From Basidiobolus meristosporus CBS 931.73 (Eukaryota; Fungi; Basidiobolomycota), in NCBI GenBank assembly GCA_002104905.1, contig MCFE01000524.1, forward strand, positions 1-62,031: DNA of 62,031 nucleotides, given 5' to 3'. This document shows positions 52,464 to 61,884 of this stretch, in pieces. Numbering within the stretch: the stretch's first letter is position 1; each line of letters opens with the position of its first letter. The notes under the pieces are model-generated. The model was given only the letters and a program-made list of their open reading frames with translations, was not told where the DNA came from and did no database searches. Position numbers and translations under genes: made by a program.

Positions 52464-55156
52464 CTCCCACTCAACTAAATGTTAATACTGACTAGTCCTA
52501 ATTTTGACCTAAGATATTCAAATTTGACTTTAGCAAATGGTCTGGTAAATATATCTGCAATCATTTCATCTGTAAGACAGTAAACTAAATTAAATGATCT
52601 ATTCTCTATAGCTTCACATATGAAATGATGTCTAATATCTATGTGCTTAGCTCTAGCATGAAAATTGGGTTTCTACCTAATTGTATACATCCTAAATTAT
52701 CCTGAAATAAAGTAACAGGCATTTTTTGACATAAGCCTAAGTCTGCAAAAAGCTTTCTTAGTCACATTGCTTCTTTTGTAGCTTCACAGGCTGCCATATA
52801 CTCTGCCTCTGTGGTAGAAAGTGCTACAGTTGGTTACTTATTTGAACTCCATGAAATTGCTCCTCTAGAGTAAAGAAAGGTGTATCCAATGGTGGATCTT
52901 CTGTCTTCCAAGTTTCATCCCCAATCAGCTTCAGAGTAACCCACAAGATCTTGTTCTGAAATCTTATAAGTGTATCTTAAGCAGATATCAGCAGTTCCTT
53001 TTAGGTATCTAAAAATTCACTTAACTACTGCAATATGATCAGATCAAATAGTTCTGATTATGCTGACTGACAGCTCCCACTGAATATGAGATATCTGGAC
53101 ATGTTCCAAGCATGATATACATCAGACTGCCACCATAGACTGAAAAGAAATGTCAGAGCTTTCAGATGGTGGCAAGCTCTCTTGATTTGGTGGAGCTTTG
53201 ACCAGGTTAAGGTTTGTCTCCATTGGGGTAGTTGCAGGTTTGCAGTCTTCCATTTGGTACTTCTTTGGTACATCTTGAGTATACTTGGATTGGCTTAGGG
53301 TGATAGTCAGGGTACTTCTGTCTATCCAGAGCTTTATCCTTGAGTAGTAATTGCATTCTCCTAGATTGGACATCTTGAACTCCTCAGATTGGCTGGACTT
53401 AGTCTTTTTCAATGGTTTGAGGTTATTGGCAGCTATAACAAGAGCATCCACATATAGAGCTAATAGAGCCGGATCTGCTCTACCTGGCTTATAGTATATA
53501 CCAAAGTCAGCATTACTCCTTTGAAACTCAAGGACTCCAAAAACAATTCTATTTTGCAATTCCAGGCTCTTGGTAATTGCTTGAGTCCATATAGAGACTT
53601 TTTGAGCTTGCAGACCAAATGGGGGTTATCTTGGCCAACAAACCCATCAGGCTGGTCCATATACACATCCTCATCAAGTTCTCCATTCAAAAATGCAGCT
53701 TTTACATCTATTTGATGAATTGAAACTTATATTTGGCTGCAATAGCCAATATTATTCTGATTGGATTAAGCTTATCAACCAGTGCAAAGGTTGCAGTATA
53801 GTCAAGTCCCTTTGTTTGAAAGTATCCTTTGGCCACAAGTCTTGCTTTGTTTCTTTTGATTGTACCATCAGCCTTGTATTTTGTCTTAAAGACCCATCTG
53901 CATCCAATTGATTTTTGATTGATTGATAATTTGACTAAGTCCCAGGTTTGAATTTCCATTAGGGCCTGATATTCCTCAGTCATTGCAGAACACCAAAACA
54001 CTGTCTGAGGGCTTTTTAAGGCCTCTTTTATAGTCTGCAGCTCAACAATATGAATTGAATAGACATAGGCTAAGTTTATGCCCTCATTGATATGGTAATT
54101 TGGTCTATTTCTTGTCCAGTTGGATCTCCAAGCATTTGATACTGGAATGATCACTTCTGGGATATTCCTGAGCACTGATTCCGGCTGAACCACAGTTGTA
54201 GAGTTTTCTGGAGTGAAAAAATCTTCATTGTTTTGCTCTGATTCAATCCTGCCAATTGGTGGACTTGAGATCAAATATTTGTCATTATCTGATGTCATTT
54301 TTTGTGAAAATTTCAAATCTCATCAAACAACACATCCCTGGACCTGGTTGGCTTATTTTCTACAGTATTGTAGAATCTGTATGCTTTATTCACATTCCAT
54401 TAGCCCAGAATATGCATTTTACACTTTTTGGCTCAAATTTTGATTGATTTTCAAGCAGTTTCTTGGCATATGCTGCAGACCCAAATATTCTTAGATGTTC
54501 TGTGCTTGGTCTGTATCCATACCATGCTTCAAATGGAGTAAAATCACAAAGTGTTCTGTTATAACTCCTATTTCTAAGGTATACAGCTGTGGCAACCGAT
54601 TCTGCCCAAAATTCATAGGAGAATTCTTGAACATGAATCATAGATCTTGCCATATCAATTATTGATTTGTTACACATTCTGCTACTCCATTTTGCTGTGG
54701 GAAGTATGGTACAGTAGTCTCTTGCTTTATCCCATGAATTGTGCAGAAGTAGATGAGGAGTTTTGAGGTATATTCTCCACCATTGTCAGAGCATACTTTC
54801 TTGATTTGTTCACCTGTTTCTCTCTCCACCTTGACTTCAAACTCCCTGAGCTTAGACACAGCTTCTTCCATTCTCTCCATGTAGTAAACCCATGTGTATC
54901 TTGTATAACCATGAATAAAAGTGATCAAAAACTTCATCCCACCTAATGATAAATTTTGCATAGGTCCACACAGATCTGAGTGAATTAAATCTAATTTTTT
55001 CCTAGTTTTGATTAGCCTGGCACTCATGAACAGTTGTCTGACTTGTTTCCCATATATGCAGGCTTCACAGTGCTCCAAACTAGCTGGGGGGTCAATATTT
55101 ATTCCAGAAATTAGCTGATCTTTGATCATTTTGTGCAAATAATCAAAATTGATGAG
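52116..55156 (-). mobile_element. Second Ty1/Copia copy, 5' half lost
   Basis: 3' LTR at 52116-52463 and PPT, then RNase H, RT, integrase and GAG-pre fragments colinear with 8630-11330; cut at 55156 by a Gypsy LTR. Confidence 0.9.
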
Positions 55157-55785
55157 TGTTGTATCCCAGAGAAAAGTGTAATAAAACTTGTGAATGAGTT
55201 AACTGAACATAAGTGATAACTAAGTGCAGAGTCCCAGAATTGTCAAGGGTGACAGAGATATTAGCAGAGAAGTTCTAGTCTAATATTGGCTTTGTATAAA
55301 GTTGAGCTGGGCTATAAAGGCAACAGAGCTGGTTTGCTATACAGGCTAGGCTTGGTATTCTTGGGAATACTAGATGTGCTAGGCTTGGGTGGAAACTATA
55401 ATGGAATTGTTGAATTCTTAATTTTGCTGAAGCACAATTTTAATTTTGTTGTGACACACACTAAACCAAAAGGTTCAGTAAACTTTATTTATACTTTTCT
55501 GATGGAGTTGCATTAGTAAGCATCAAGAGACTGGACTAATTGAAATCTGTTGGGGTGTTGATAGTTGCATAAGATAAATGAAAAATTGCATCATTAATCA
55601 GCTGATGTCTTGGCAACTGCTAAGTGGTTGGATAAATCTCTGATGACTAATCACTTGGAAAGGCTTAGCAGATCAGTTGAGTACATAATGACCACATGAA
55701 AATTGATCAGGTGTGACAGCTAAAAATAGATTCTGAGAAGTGATAAAACAAACCATAACAGGGATTAGTTATGTTTGGGTTAGGG
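55157..55785 (-). repeat. Diverged Gypsy LTR (family of 6780-7475), truncated at its internal GGGTTAGGG
   Basis: Starts TGTTGTATCC like 6780 and is colinear through ACACACACTAAACCAAAAGGTTCAGTAAAC to ATGTTTGGGTTAGGG (55771-55785), where similarity stops. Confidence 0.88.
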
Positions 55786-58071
55786 GGGAGACAGTCACCA
55801 ACAGGTGAAATCTTTATTTCAGTTGAAACAAAGAAGCCAGCGCTACTGTTGTAGCTTTGATACAAGAGTGTGTAGCTGAGGGGAATTTGTAGGTAAGTTA
55901 ATAAGAAGTGATGATAGTTCTTCAGTGCTCAAGACACTGTTCAGTGGGAAGGGGGGTAGCAAGAGAGGTAAGAATGACTTGTGAACAACATTAATGAGGG
56001 GAATGTGATAAGGATTGATATTCATCATAAAGGGAGTGTGCTGCTGCAGATATTGCTGCCAAAGGTCTGTCAAGTACTTCAGGTAGGCCAGCTTGGGTTT
56101 TTCTGACTGCAGAATATAGTGTGCAAACTTCTTGACTTCAGGATCTCCAAGTATAGTTCTCCAGCAGGAGTCAGGTGTTGTGTGGTGTGTTCTCTTCCAG
56201 GCCTTAATCAGTGGGTTGTTGCAGTTGTGAAGTCTGAGGTATAATCTGGTTCTAAGGTAGAGAAGTCTGATCTTATAGGGCATAAACCCAAAAGCACCAA
56301 GAATAGCATGTCTGTAGGGGCATTCAGGCAAATGAGGCACCAAGGAGGTAATGCACCATACTGCAAACTTGTCAAGCTTAGTGCAGTCTCTAGAAGTAAG
56401 AGAGAGAAGTGGTAAGCCAAATTCCAGGACAGGGAAGACAAACTGCTTGAGTAGAAGGAGGCAGCTGGGAGCTGAAGTTGTAGGAGGAGTAACAGCCAGT
56501 AGTTTGTGGAGTGCCTGTCTTGCCAGGATAATTCTCTTGTTCAGGTGTGCTCCAGAGTCTAGTCCAGTAGGAAGGAAAGGAAAGCCAAGATATGTAGCAG
56601 AAACCTGAGCAGGTAGAGTGGAGTTCTCCAAGTTGATGGGAGAGCCCAAAGGTACTGTCTTTGCAATGGAAAGCTGGAGATTATTCTTCTGCAGATACTG
56701 GTAGATGGTCTGGGAGTCTTGTTGCACATTGGAGGAGGATATTCTGATGTCATCAGCAAAGAGAGTAACCAGGCAGTCAGCTGAGAGTCTTGGGAAATCA
56801 TTCAGGAAGATGGCAAACAATATAGGACCAAGCACAGAGCCTTGAACCACTCCATTAAGAACTGAGAACACAGCTGATTGCTCACTTGGGTGCAGAATTC
56901 TTGCTTGTGGATCCAGAAACAGAGACCTGACAAGGAGGGTGAGAGAGGTACTGGAGAAGCATTGCAACTTGGACCAAAGCAGATTTCTGTCAACTAAATC
57001 AAAGGCCTTAGTAATATCAAACAGAACAGAGGGATACTTGCACTGGAGAGAGTGATCTTGGCTAAGTATGACTGCATATTCCAAGGAGAGGCCAGGAACA
57101 AAGCCAAACTGTGCAGGATGAAACTTGAGGGAATCAGAGTAGAGCTCCTGAGCAAGCAGAAGCTCAAACACCTTTCTGCAGGTGGGCAGCAGAGATATTG
57201 GCCTGTAGGAGCTAGGATCCAGGTGCTTTCCTTTACCCTTGTACAGTGGCAGAACATTTGCAAAGGACCATTCCTCAGGAGTAGAAAGCTGGGCTGAGCA
57301 TTGCTCAAACAGTGGAAGCAGAAGTGCAGACATGGCCTTGGTACTAGTCTTCAGAAGCTCATAAGAGATTGTGTCCACACCTGGAGCAGTAGAGTTGGGA
57401 AGCCTCTTGAGCACATTATGGATTCTCCTTTGACCAAGTGCAAGTGGGATGGGCAGAGTCTTGAAGTCAGGATGAAAGCCAGGAGTTGAGTACTGCTTTG
57501 TAGAGAAGAAGATGTTAGCCAGCTGTTCTGTTGAAGGTAACTTCCTGGAAGAGGGCCTCATTGCTCTGTAGAGTCTTGATACTGTTCTTGTTATAGAGTT
57601 GGAAGATTGCAGAGGCAAAGAACTCATAATATGATCCCAGAGCTGAGTATGCAGAGTGTGGTGAGTTGCCTTGGAGTGGTGTATTGCTGTCAGGAGGAGT
57701 TTCTCTGTTTTTGGGTTAGGGAAACTCAGGTAGCTTTGTTGCAGGGCTGAAACAATGGATTCCCATTTTCTTGAGGTAACAGCAGTAGTCTTGCATGGCA
57801 GTGAGAGGGAGGCAGACACCAGAATCAGATGCTTCACAAAGAGCCAGGCATAGTTGAGATCATCTGGCAGAGAAAGTAGCAAACTGGCAAGCTTCAAGTA
57901 GTTCCCAAAGTCTTTCTTCTGATTCTTGGTAGCTTTGTGGGTGAGCACAGTAAGTTTTGGCAGCTTCTTCTTCACAACTGGTTGCATAGAAAGGGACCAG
58001 GCTGGTGGTCAGAGGCTCTCAAGGATCCTAGCTCAGCTCCAGAGAATTGCTTAACTTCATTCACAAAGTAG
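55786..58071 (-). mobile_element. Telomeric non-LTR retrotransposon unit A1 (5'-truncated ORF2 unit)
   Basis: About 98% similar to A2 by eye. The 3' end abuts GGGTTAGGG and there is no poly(A). It is truncated inside the APE region at ...CACAAAGTAG and followed by telomeric repeats. Confidence 0.9.
55843..57987 (-). CDS. LINE-type reverse transcriptase (truncated ORF2, 714 aa open)
   Basis: PGVDTI, YRPISLLPTCRKVFE, QFGFVPG, FDITKAFD, GVVQGSVLGP and LFADD. Confidence 0.9.
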   Translation of the reverse strand: MQPVVKKKLPKLTVLTHKATKNQKKDFGNYLKLASLLLSLPDDLNYAWLFVKHLILVSASLSLPCKTTAVTSRKWESIVSALQQSYLSFPNPKTEKLLLTAIHHSKATHHTLHTQLWDHIMSSLPLQSSNSITRTVSRLYRAMRPSSRKLPSTEQLANIFFSTKQYSTPGFHPDFKTLPIPLALGQRRIHNVLKRLPNSTAPGVDTISYELLKTSTKAMSALLLPLFEQCSAQLSTPEEWSFANVLPLYKGKGKHLDPSSYRPISLLPTCRKVFELLLAQELYSDSLKFHPAQFGFVPGLSLEYAVILSQDHSLQCKYPSVLFDITKAFDLVDRNLLWSKLQCFSSTSLTLLVRSLFLDPQARILHPSEQSAVFSVLNGVVQGSVLGPILFAIFLNDFPRLSADCLVTLFADDIRISSSNVQQDSQTIYQYLQKNNLQLSIAKTVPLGSPINLENSTLPAQVSATYLGFPFLPTGLDSGAHLNKRIILARQALHKLLAVTPPTTSAPSCLLLLKQFVFPVLEFGLPLLSLTSRDCTKLDKFAVWCITSLVPHLPECPYRHAILGAFGFMPYKIRLLYLRTRLYLRLHNCNNPLIKAWKRTHHTTPDSCWRTILGDPEVKKFAHYILQSEKPKLAYLKYLTDLWQQYLQQHTPFMMNINPYHIPLINVVHKSFLPLLLPPFPLNSVLSTEELSSLLINLPTNSPQLHTLVSKLQQ

Positions 58072-58088
58072 GGTTAGGTAGGGGGGGG
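58069..58088 (+). repeat. Interstitial degenerate telomeric linker TAGGGTTAGGTAGGGGGGGG
   Basis: Lies exactly between the truncated 5' end of A1 and the 3' end of A2. Confidence 0.8.
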
Positions 58089-60846
58089 AGACAGTCACCA
58101 ACAGGTGAAATCTTTATTTCAGTTGAAACAAAGAAGCCAGCGCTACTGTTGTAGCTTTGATACAAGAGTGTGTAGCTGAGGGGAATTTGTAGGTAAGTTA
58201 ATAAGAAGTGATGATAGTTCTTCAGTGCTAAACACACTGTTCAGTGGGAAGGGGGGTAGCAAGAGAGGTAAGAATGACTTGTGAACAACATTAATGAGGG
58301 GAATGTGATAAGGATTGATATTCATCATAAAGGGAGTGTGCTGCTGCAGATATTGCTGCCAAAGGTCTGTCAAGTACTTCAGGTAGGCCAGCTTGGGTTT
58401 TTCTGACTGCAGAATAAATTCAGCAAACTTCTTGACTTCAGGATCTCCAAGTATAGTTCTCCAGCAGGAGTCAGGTGTAGTGTGGTGTGTTCTCTTCCAG
58501 GCCTTAATCAGTGGGTTGTTGCAGTTGTGAAGTCTGAGGTATAATCTGGTTCTAAGGTAGAGAAGTCTGATCTTATAGGGCATAAACCCAAAAGCACCAA
58601 GAATAGCATGTCTGTAGGGGCATTCAGGCAAATGAGGCACCAAGGAGGTAATGCACCATACTGCAAACTTGTCAAGCTTAGTGCAGTCTCTAGAAGTAAG
58701 AGAGAGAAGTGGTAAGCCAAATTCCAGGACAGGGAAGACAAACTGCTTGAGTAGAAGGAGGCAGCTTGGAGCTGAAGTTGTAGGAGGAGTAACAGCCAGT
58801 AGCTTGTGGAGTGCCTGTCTTGCCAGGATAATTCTCTTCTTCAGGTGTGCTCCAGAGTCTAGTCCAGTAGGAAGGAAAGGAAAGCCAAGATATGTAGCAG
58901 AAACCTGAGCAGGTAGAGTGGAGTTCTCCAAGTTGATGGGAGAGCCCAAAGGTACTGTCTTTGCAATGGAAAGCTGGAGATTATTCTTCTGCAGATACTG
59001 GTGGATGGTCTGGGAGTCTTGTTGCACATTGGAGGAGGATATTCTGATGTCATCAGCAAAGAGAGTAACCAGGCAGTCAGCTGAGAGTCTTGGGAAATCA
59101 TTCAGGAAGATGGCAAACAGTATAGGACCAAGCACAGAGCCTTGAACCACTCCATTAGGAACTGAGAACACAGCTGATTGCTCACTTGGGTGCAGAATTC
59201 TTGCTTGTGGATCCAGAAACAGAGACCTGACAAGGAGGGTGAGAGAGGTACTGGAGAAGCATTGCAACTTGGACCAAAGCAGATTTCTGTCAACTGAATC
59301 AAAGGCCTTAGTAATATCAAACAGAACTGAGGGATACTTGCACTGGAGAGAGTGATCTTGGCTAAGTATGACTGCATATTCCAAGGAGAGGCCAGGAACA
59401 AAGCCAAACTGTGCAGGATGAAACTTGAGGGAGTCAGAGTAGAGCTCCTGAGCAAGCAGAAGCTCAAACACCTTTCTGCAGGTGGGCAGCAGAGATATTG
59501 GCCTGTAGGAGCTAGGATCCAGGTGCTTTCCTTTACCCTTGTACAGTGGCAGAACATTTGCAAAGGACCATTCCTCAGGAGTAGAAAGCTGGGCTGAGCA
59601 TTGCTGAAACAGTGGAAGCAGAAGTGCAGACATGGCCTTGGTACTAGTCTTCAGAAGCTCATAGGAGATTGTGTCCACACCTGGAGCAGTAGAGTTGGGA
59701 AGCCTCTTGAGCACATTATGGATTCTCCTTTGATCAAGTGCAAGTGGGATGGGCAGAGTCTTGAAGTCAGGATGAAAGCCAGGAGTTGAGTACTGCTTTG
59801 TAGAGAAGAAGATGTTAGCCAGCTGTTCTGTTGAAGGTAACTTCCTGGAAGAGGGCCTCATTGCCCTGTAGAGTCTTGATACTGTTCTTGTTATAGAGTT
59901 GGAAGATTGCAGAGGCAAAGAACTCATAATATGATCCCAGAGCTGAGTATGCAGAGTGTGGTGAATTGCCTTGGAGTGGTGTATTGCTGTCAGGAGGAGT
60001 TTCTCTGTTTTTGGGTTAGGGAAACTCAGGTAGCTTTGTTGCAGGGCTAAAACAATAGATTCCCATTTTCTTGAGGTAACAGCAGTAGTCTTGCATGGCA
60101 GTGAGAGGGAGGCAGACACCAGAATCAGATGCTTCACAAAGAGCCAGGCATAGTTGAGATCATCTGGCAGAGAAAGTAGCAAACTGGCAAGCTTCAAGTA
60201 GTTCCCAAAGTCTTTCTTCTGAGTCTTGGTAGCTTTGTGGGTGAGCACAGTAAGTTTTGGCAGCTTCTTCTTCACAACTGGTTGCATAGAAAGGGACCAG
60301 GCTGGGTGGTCAGAGGCTCTCAAGGATCCTAACTCAGCTCCAGAGAATTGCTTAACTTCATTCACAAAGTAGAGGGCAGCAGCAGAAGGGCAGATCCAGT
60401 CAACACATCTTTTCTCAGATTGAGCACCTAGTGCTAGCAGATGGCTTTCTCTAAGGAAGTTCAGTAGGAATGTAGACCTTGGCTTCATTCTTGCAGTCAG
60501 AGTAGTCTTGTTCTCATGATGGGGAATGTTGAGATCTCCAAGCAAGATAACAGGTGTTGATATAGATTGCTGGTATTGCTGAACCTTCTGGCATATAACT
60601 TGCACTTCCTGAAGGGCAAGACTTGGAGGCAGATAGCAGAGCACCAGACTGATAGTTGGCAACTGGAGAGCAGCACAGTAAGGGAGTAAAGAGGAACACA
60701 GAGCTGAGGAGTATTGATGGTAGAAGAGATGAAGCAGATAGAGGAGGTATTCTTTGTTCTAGGAGTAGAAAAGCAATATAGATTAGTCAAAAGTATAGAA
60801 GGTAGCTGAACATCAATCAAACACAGGAGGGAAAATCTTGAAAGAA
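58086..60846 (-). mobile_element. Telomeric non-LTR retrotransposon unit A2 (APE-RT, 5'-truncated near the start of APE)
   Basis: Same 3' terminus as A1; extends to the (TTAGGG)3 tract at 60847; no ATG for ORF2 is visible. Confidence 0.9.
58143..60662 (-). CDS. ORF2: AP-endonuclease-like domain plus LINE RT (839 aa open; N-terminal APE part in another frame, ~60690-60840)
   Basis: APE motifs CYLPP, LLGDLN, VDWI and SDH precede the RT motifs; the track start is a TTG, not a true initiator. Confidence 0.88.
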   Translation of the reverse strand: MPTISLVLCYLPPSLALQEVQVICQKVQQYQQSISTPVILLGDLNIPHHENKTTLTARMKPRSTFLLNFLRESHLLALGAQSEKRCVDWICPSAAALYFVNEVKQFSGAELGSLRASDHPAWSLSMQPVVKKKLPKLTVLTHKATKTQKKDFGNYLKLASLLLSLPDDLNYAWLFVKHLILVSASLSLPCKTTAVTSRKWESIVLALQQSYLSFPNPKTEKLLLTAIHHSKAIHHTLHTQLWDHIMSSLPLQSSNSITRTVSRLYRAMRPSSRKLPSTEQLANIFFSTKQYSTPGFHPDFKTLPIPLALDQRRIHNVLKRLPNSTAPGVDTISYELLKTSTKAMSALLLPLFQQCSAQLSTPEEWSFANVLPLYKGKGKHLDPSSYRPISLLPTCRKVFELLLAQELYSDSLKFHPAQFGFVPGLSLEYAVILSQDHSLQCKYPSVLFDITKAFDSVDRNLLWSKLQCFSSTSLTLLVRSLFLDPQARILHPSEQSAVFSVPNGVVQGSVLGPILFAIFLNDFPRLSADCLVTLFADDIRISSSNVQQDSQTIHQYLQKNNLQLSIAKTVPLGSPINLENSTLPAQVSATYLGFPFLPTGLDSGAHLKKRIILARQALHKLLAVTPPTTSAPSCLLLLKQFVFPVLEFGLPLLSLTSRDCTKLDKFAVWCITSLVPHLPECPYRHAILGAFGFMPYKIRLLYLRTRLYLRLHNCNNPLIKAWKRTHHTTPDSCWRTILGDPEVKKFAEFILQSEKPKLAYLKYLTDLWQQYLQQHTPFMMNINPYHIPLINVVHKSFLPLLLPPFPLNSVFSTEELSSLLINLPTNSPQLHTLVSKLQQ

Positions 60847-60866
60847 GGTTAGGGTTAGGGTTAGGG
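60847..60866 (+). repeat. Interstitial telomeric tract GG(TTAGGG)3
   Basis: Perfect repeats between A2 and unit B. Confidence 0.95.
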
Positions 60867-61852
60867 AGGGAAAGTCACCAAGGTAGGTGAAATCTTTATT
60901 TGATTTCAGACAAGTCTAACTACAAATAAAGAAGCCAGCTGGGAATAGAAGATTCCCAAAGTAAACACTAAGTTGAATATGAATAAATCTAAGCTAAAGT
61001 TAAGGCAGTATCCCAGAGTACACTGGAGTTCAGGTTTATGGGGGAGTGAAGTAGATAAGCTTGAGAGATATAATAATCTTTGAGGAAGTGGGTAACAGCA
61101 GGTGAAGGGGAGTTTTTGATAAGTGAAGTGAATCTTGAGAGCAGAGATTCCTCTAATGAGAAGGTCTTGTAAACTGGAGAATCAGGAAACTCTTTAAAGG
61201 CATGGTCAGTAGGTTCCCAGTAAAACTGGTCAGAGACATTTTGAGAGAATTCTTTAGCAATACTTTTGTCAAGTACTACCTCCAGAGTATGATGGTTGAT
61301 AAATCTCATGTTAACAATCTTGGATAAGTTGTAACCTTGTTGCTTGAGATACATCCTATGCTCAGATATAGGAATGAACTCCACATTGGCAAAGTAGCAG
61401 ACAGCCCAGTCAGTAGCAGGAGGCAAATCAGAAGTGGCAGGAAACTTTCTTTTAGTCTTGGGAGGAGCAGCAGGATGTCTTGAGGAAGCAGGAACAGGCT
61501 TTTTGACAGCTTCAGAGTAGGAAGAGTGAGCAGGAGCAGATGATTCTTGGGGAGTCTTGTTGACAGGAACAGCTGGCAGAGAGACAATAGATTCTTGCAG
61601 ATCAGAGAAGGCAGAAAACAGCTTTTGAACTTGTTTCTTGAGTAAAGCATTTTCAGCTTCAACAAGTGCAAGCCTTTCCTCAAGGAAGGAAATCTGAAGG
61701 GAATGGAGTGAAGGCATAAGAAATAAGAAGAAGAGGGTAAGATGGGGTGGGTGGGTGGGAAAATTAGCAGGGAGAAGAGAAGGAAGGAGCAAAAATTCCA
61801 GAAGTCAGAATTTATAGATGGATGGACAAGGGTAGATGGATGGATTATTCCT
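60867..61852 (-). mobile_element. Telomeric unit B: ORF1-like-only element sharing the A-type 3' terminus
   Basis: Its 3' end shares AGTCACCAA, AGGTGAAATCTTTATTT and AAAGAAGCCAGC with A1/A2; bounded on both sides by telomeric repeats; CpG-free by eye. Confidence 0.75.
60989..61717 (-). CDS. Putative LINE ORF1-like protein (242 aa from the ATG at 61717)
   Basis: Heptad coiled coil (LEERLALVEAENALLKKQVQKL), SYSEAVKK motif, Pro/Lys/Ser linker and an RRM-like alpha/beta segment (CYFANV...LSKIVNMRFI...TLEVVL). No CCHC knuckle. The family call rests on architecture only. Confidence 0.6.
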   Translation of the reverse strand: MPSLHSLQISFLEERLALVEAENALLKKQVQKLFSAFSDLQESIVSLPAVPVNKTPQESSAPAHSSYSEAVKKPVPASSRHPAAPPKTKRKFPATSDLPPATDWAVCYFANVEFIPISEHRMYLKQQGYNLSKIVNMRFINHHTLEVVLDKSIAKEFSQNVSDQFYWEPTDHAFKEFPDSPVYKTFSLEESLLSRFTSLIKNSPSPAVTHFLKDYYISQAYLLHSPINLNSSVLWDTALTLA

Positions 61853-61884
61853 GGGTTAGGAAAATTAGCAGGGAGAAGAGAAGG
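61853..61884. repeat. GGGTTAGG followed by a 26-bp exact duplicate of 61758-61783
   Basis: GGAAAATTAGCAGGGAGAAGAGAAGG occurs at 61758-61783 and at 61859-61884. Confidence 0.9.

Noticed and set aside
55786-55845. Hammerhead ribozyme at the element 3' end, as in Penelope-like/Terminon elements
   Set aside because: The CUGANGA core is absent, and the RT and APE motifs are LINE-type rather than Penelope-type.
57713-60021. GGGTTAGGG inside ORF2 of A1 and A2 (57713-57721 and 60013-60021)
   Set aside because: It encodes FPNP in frame and neither unit is truncated there; no evidence of use as a target.
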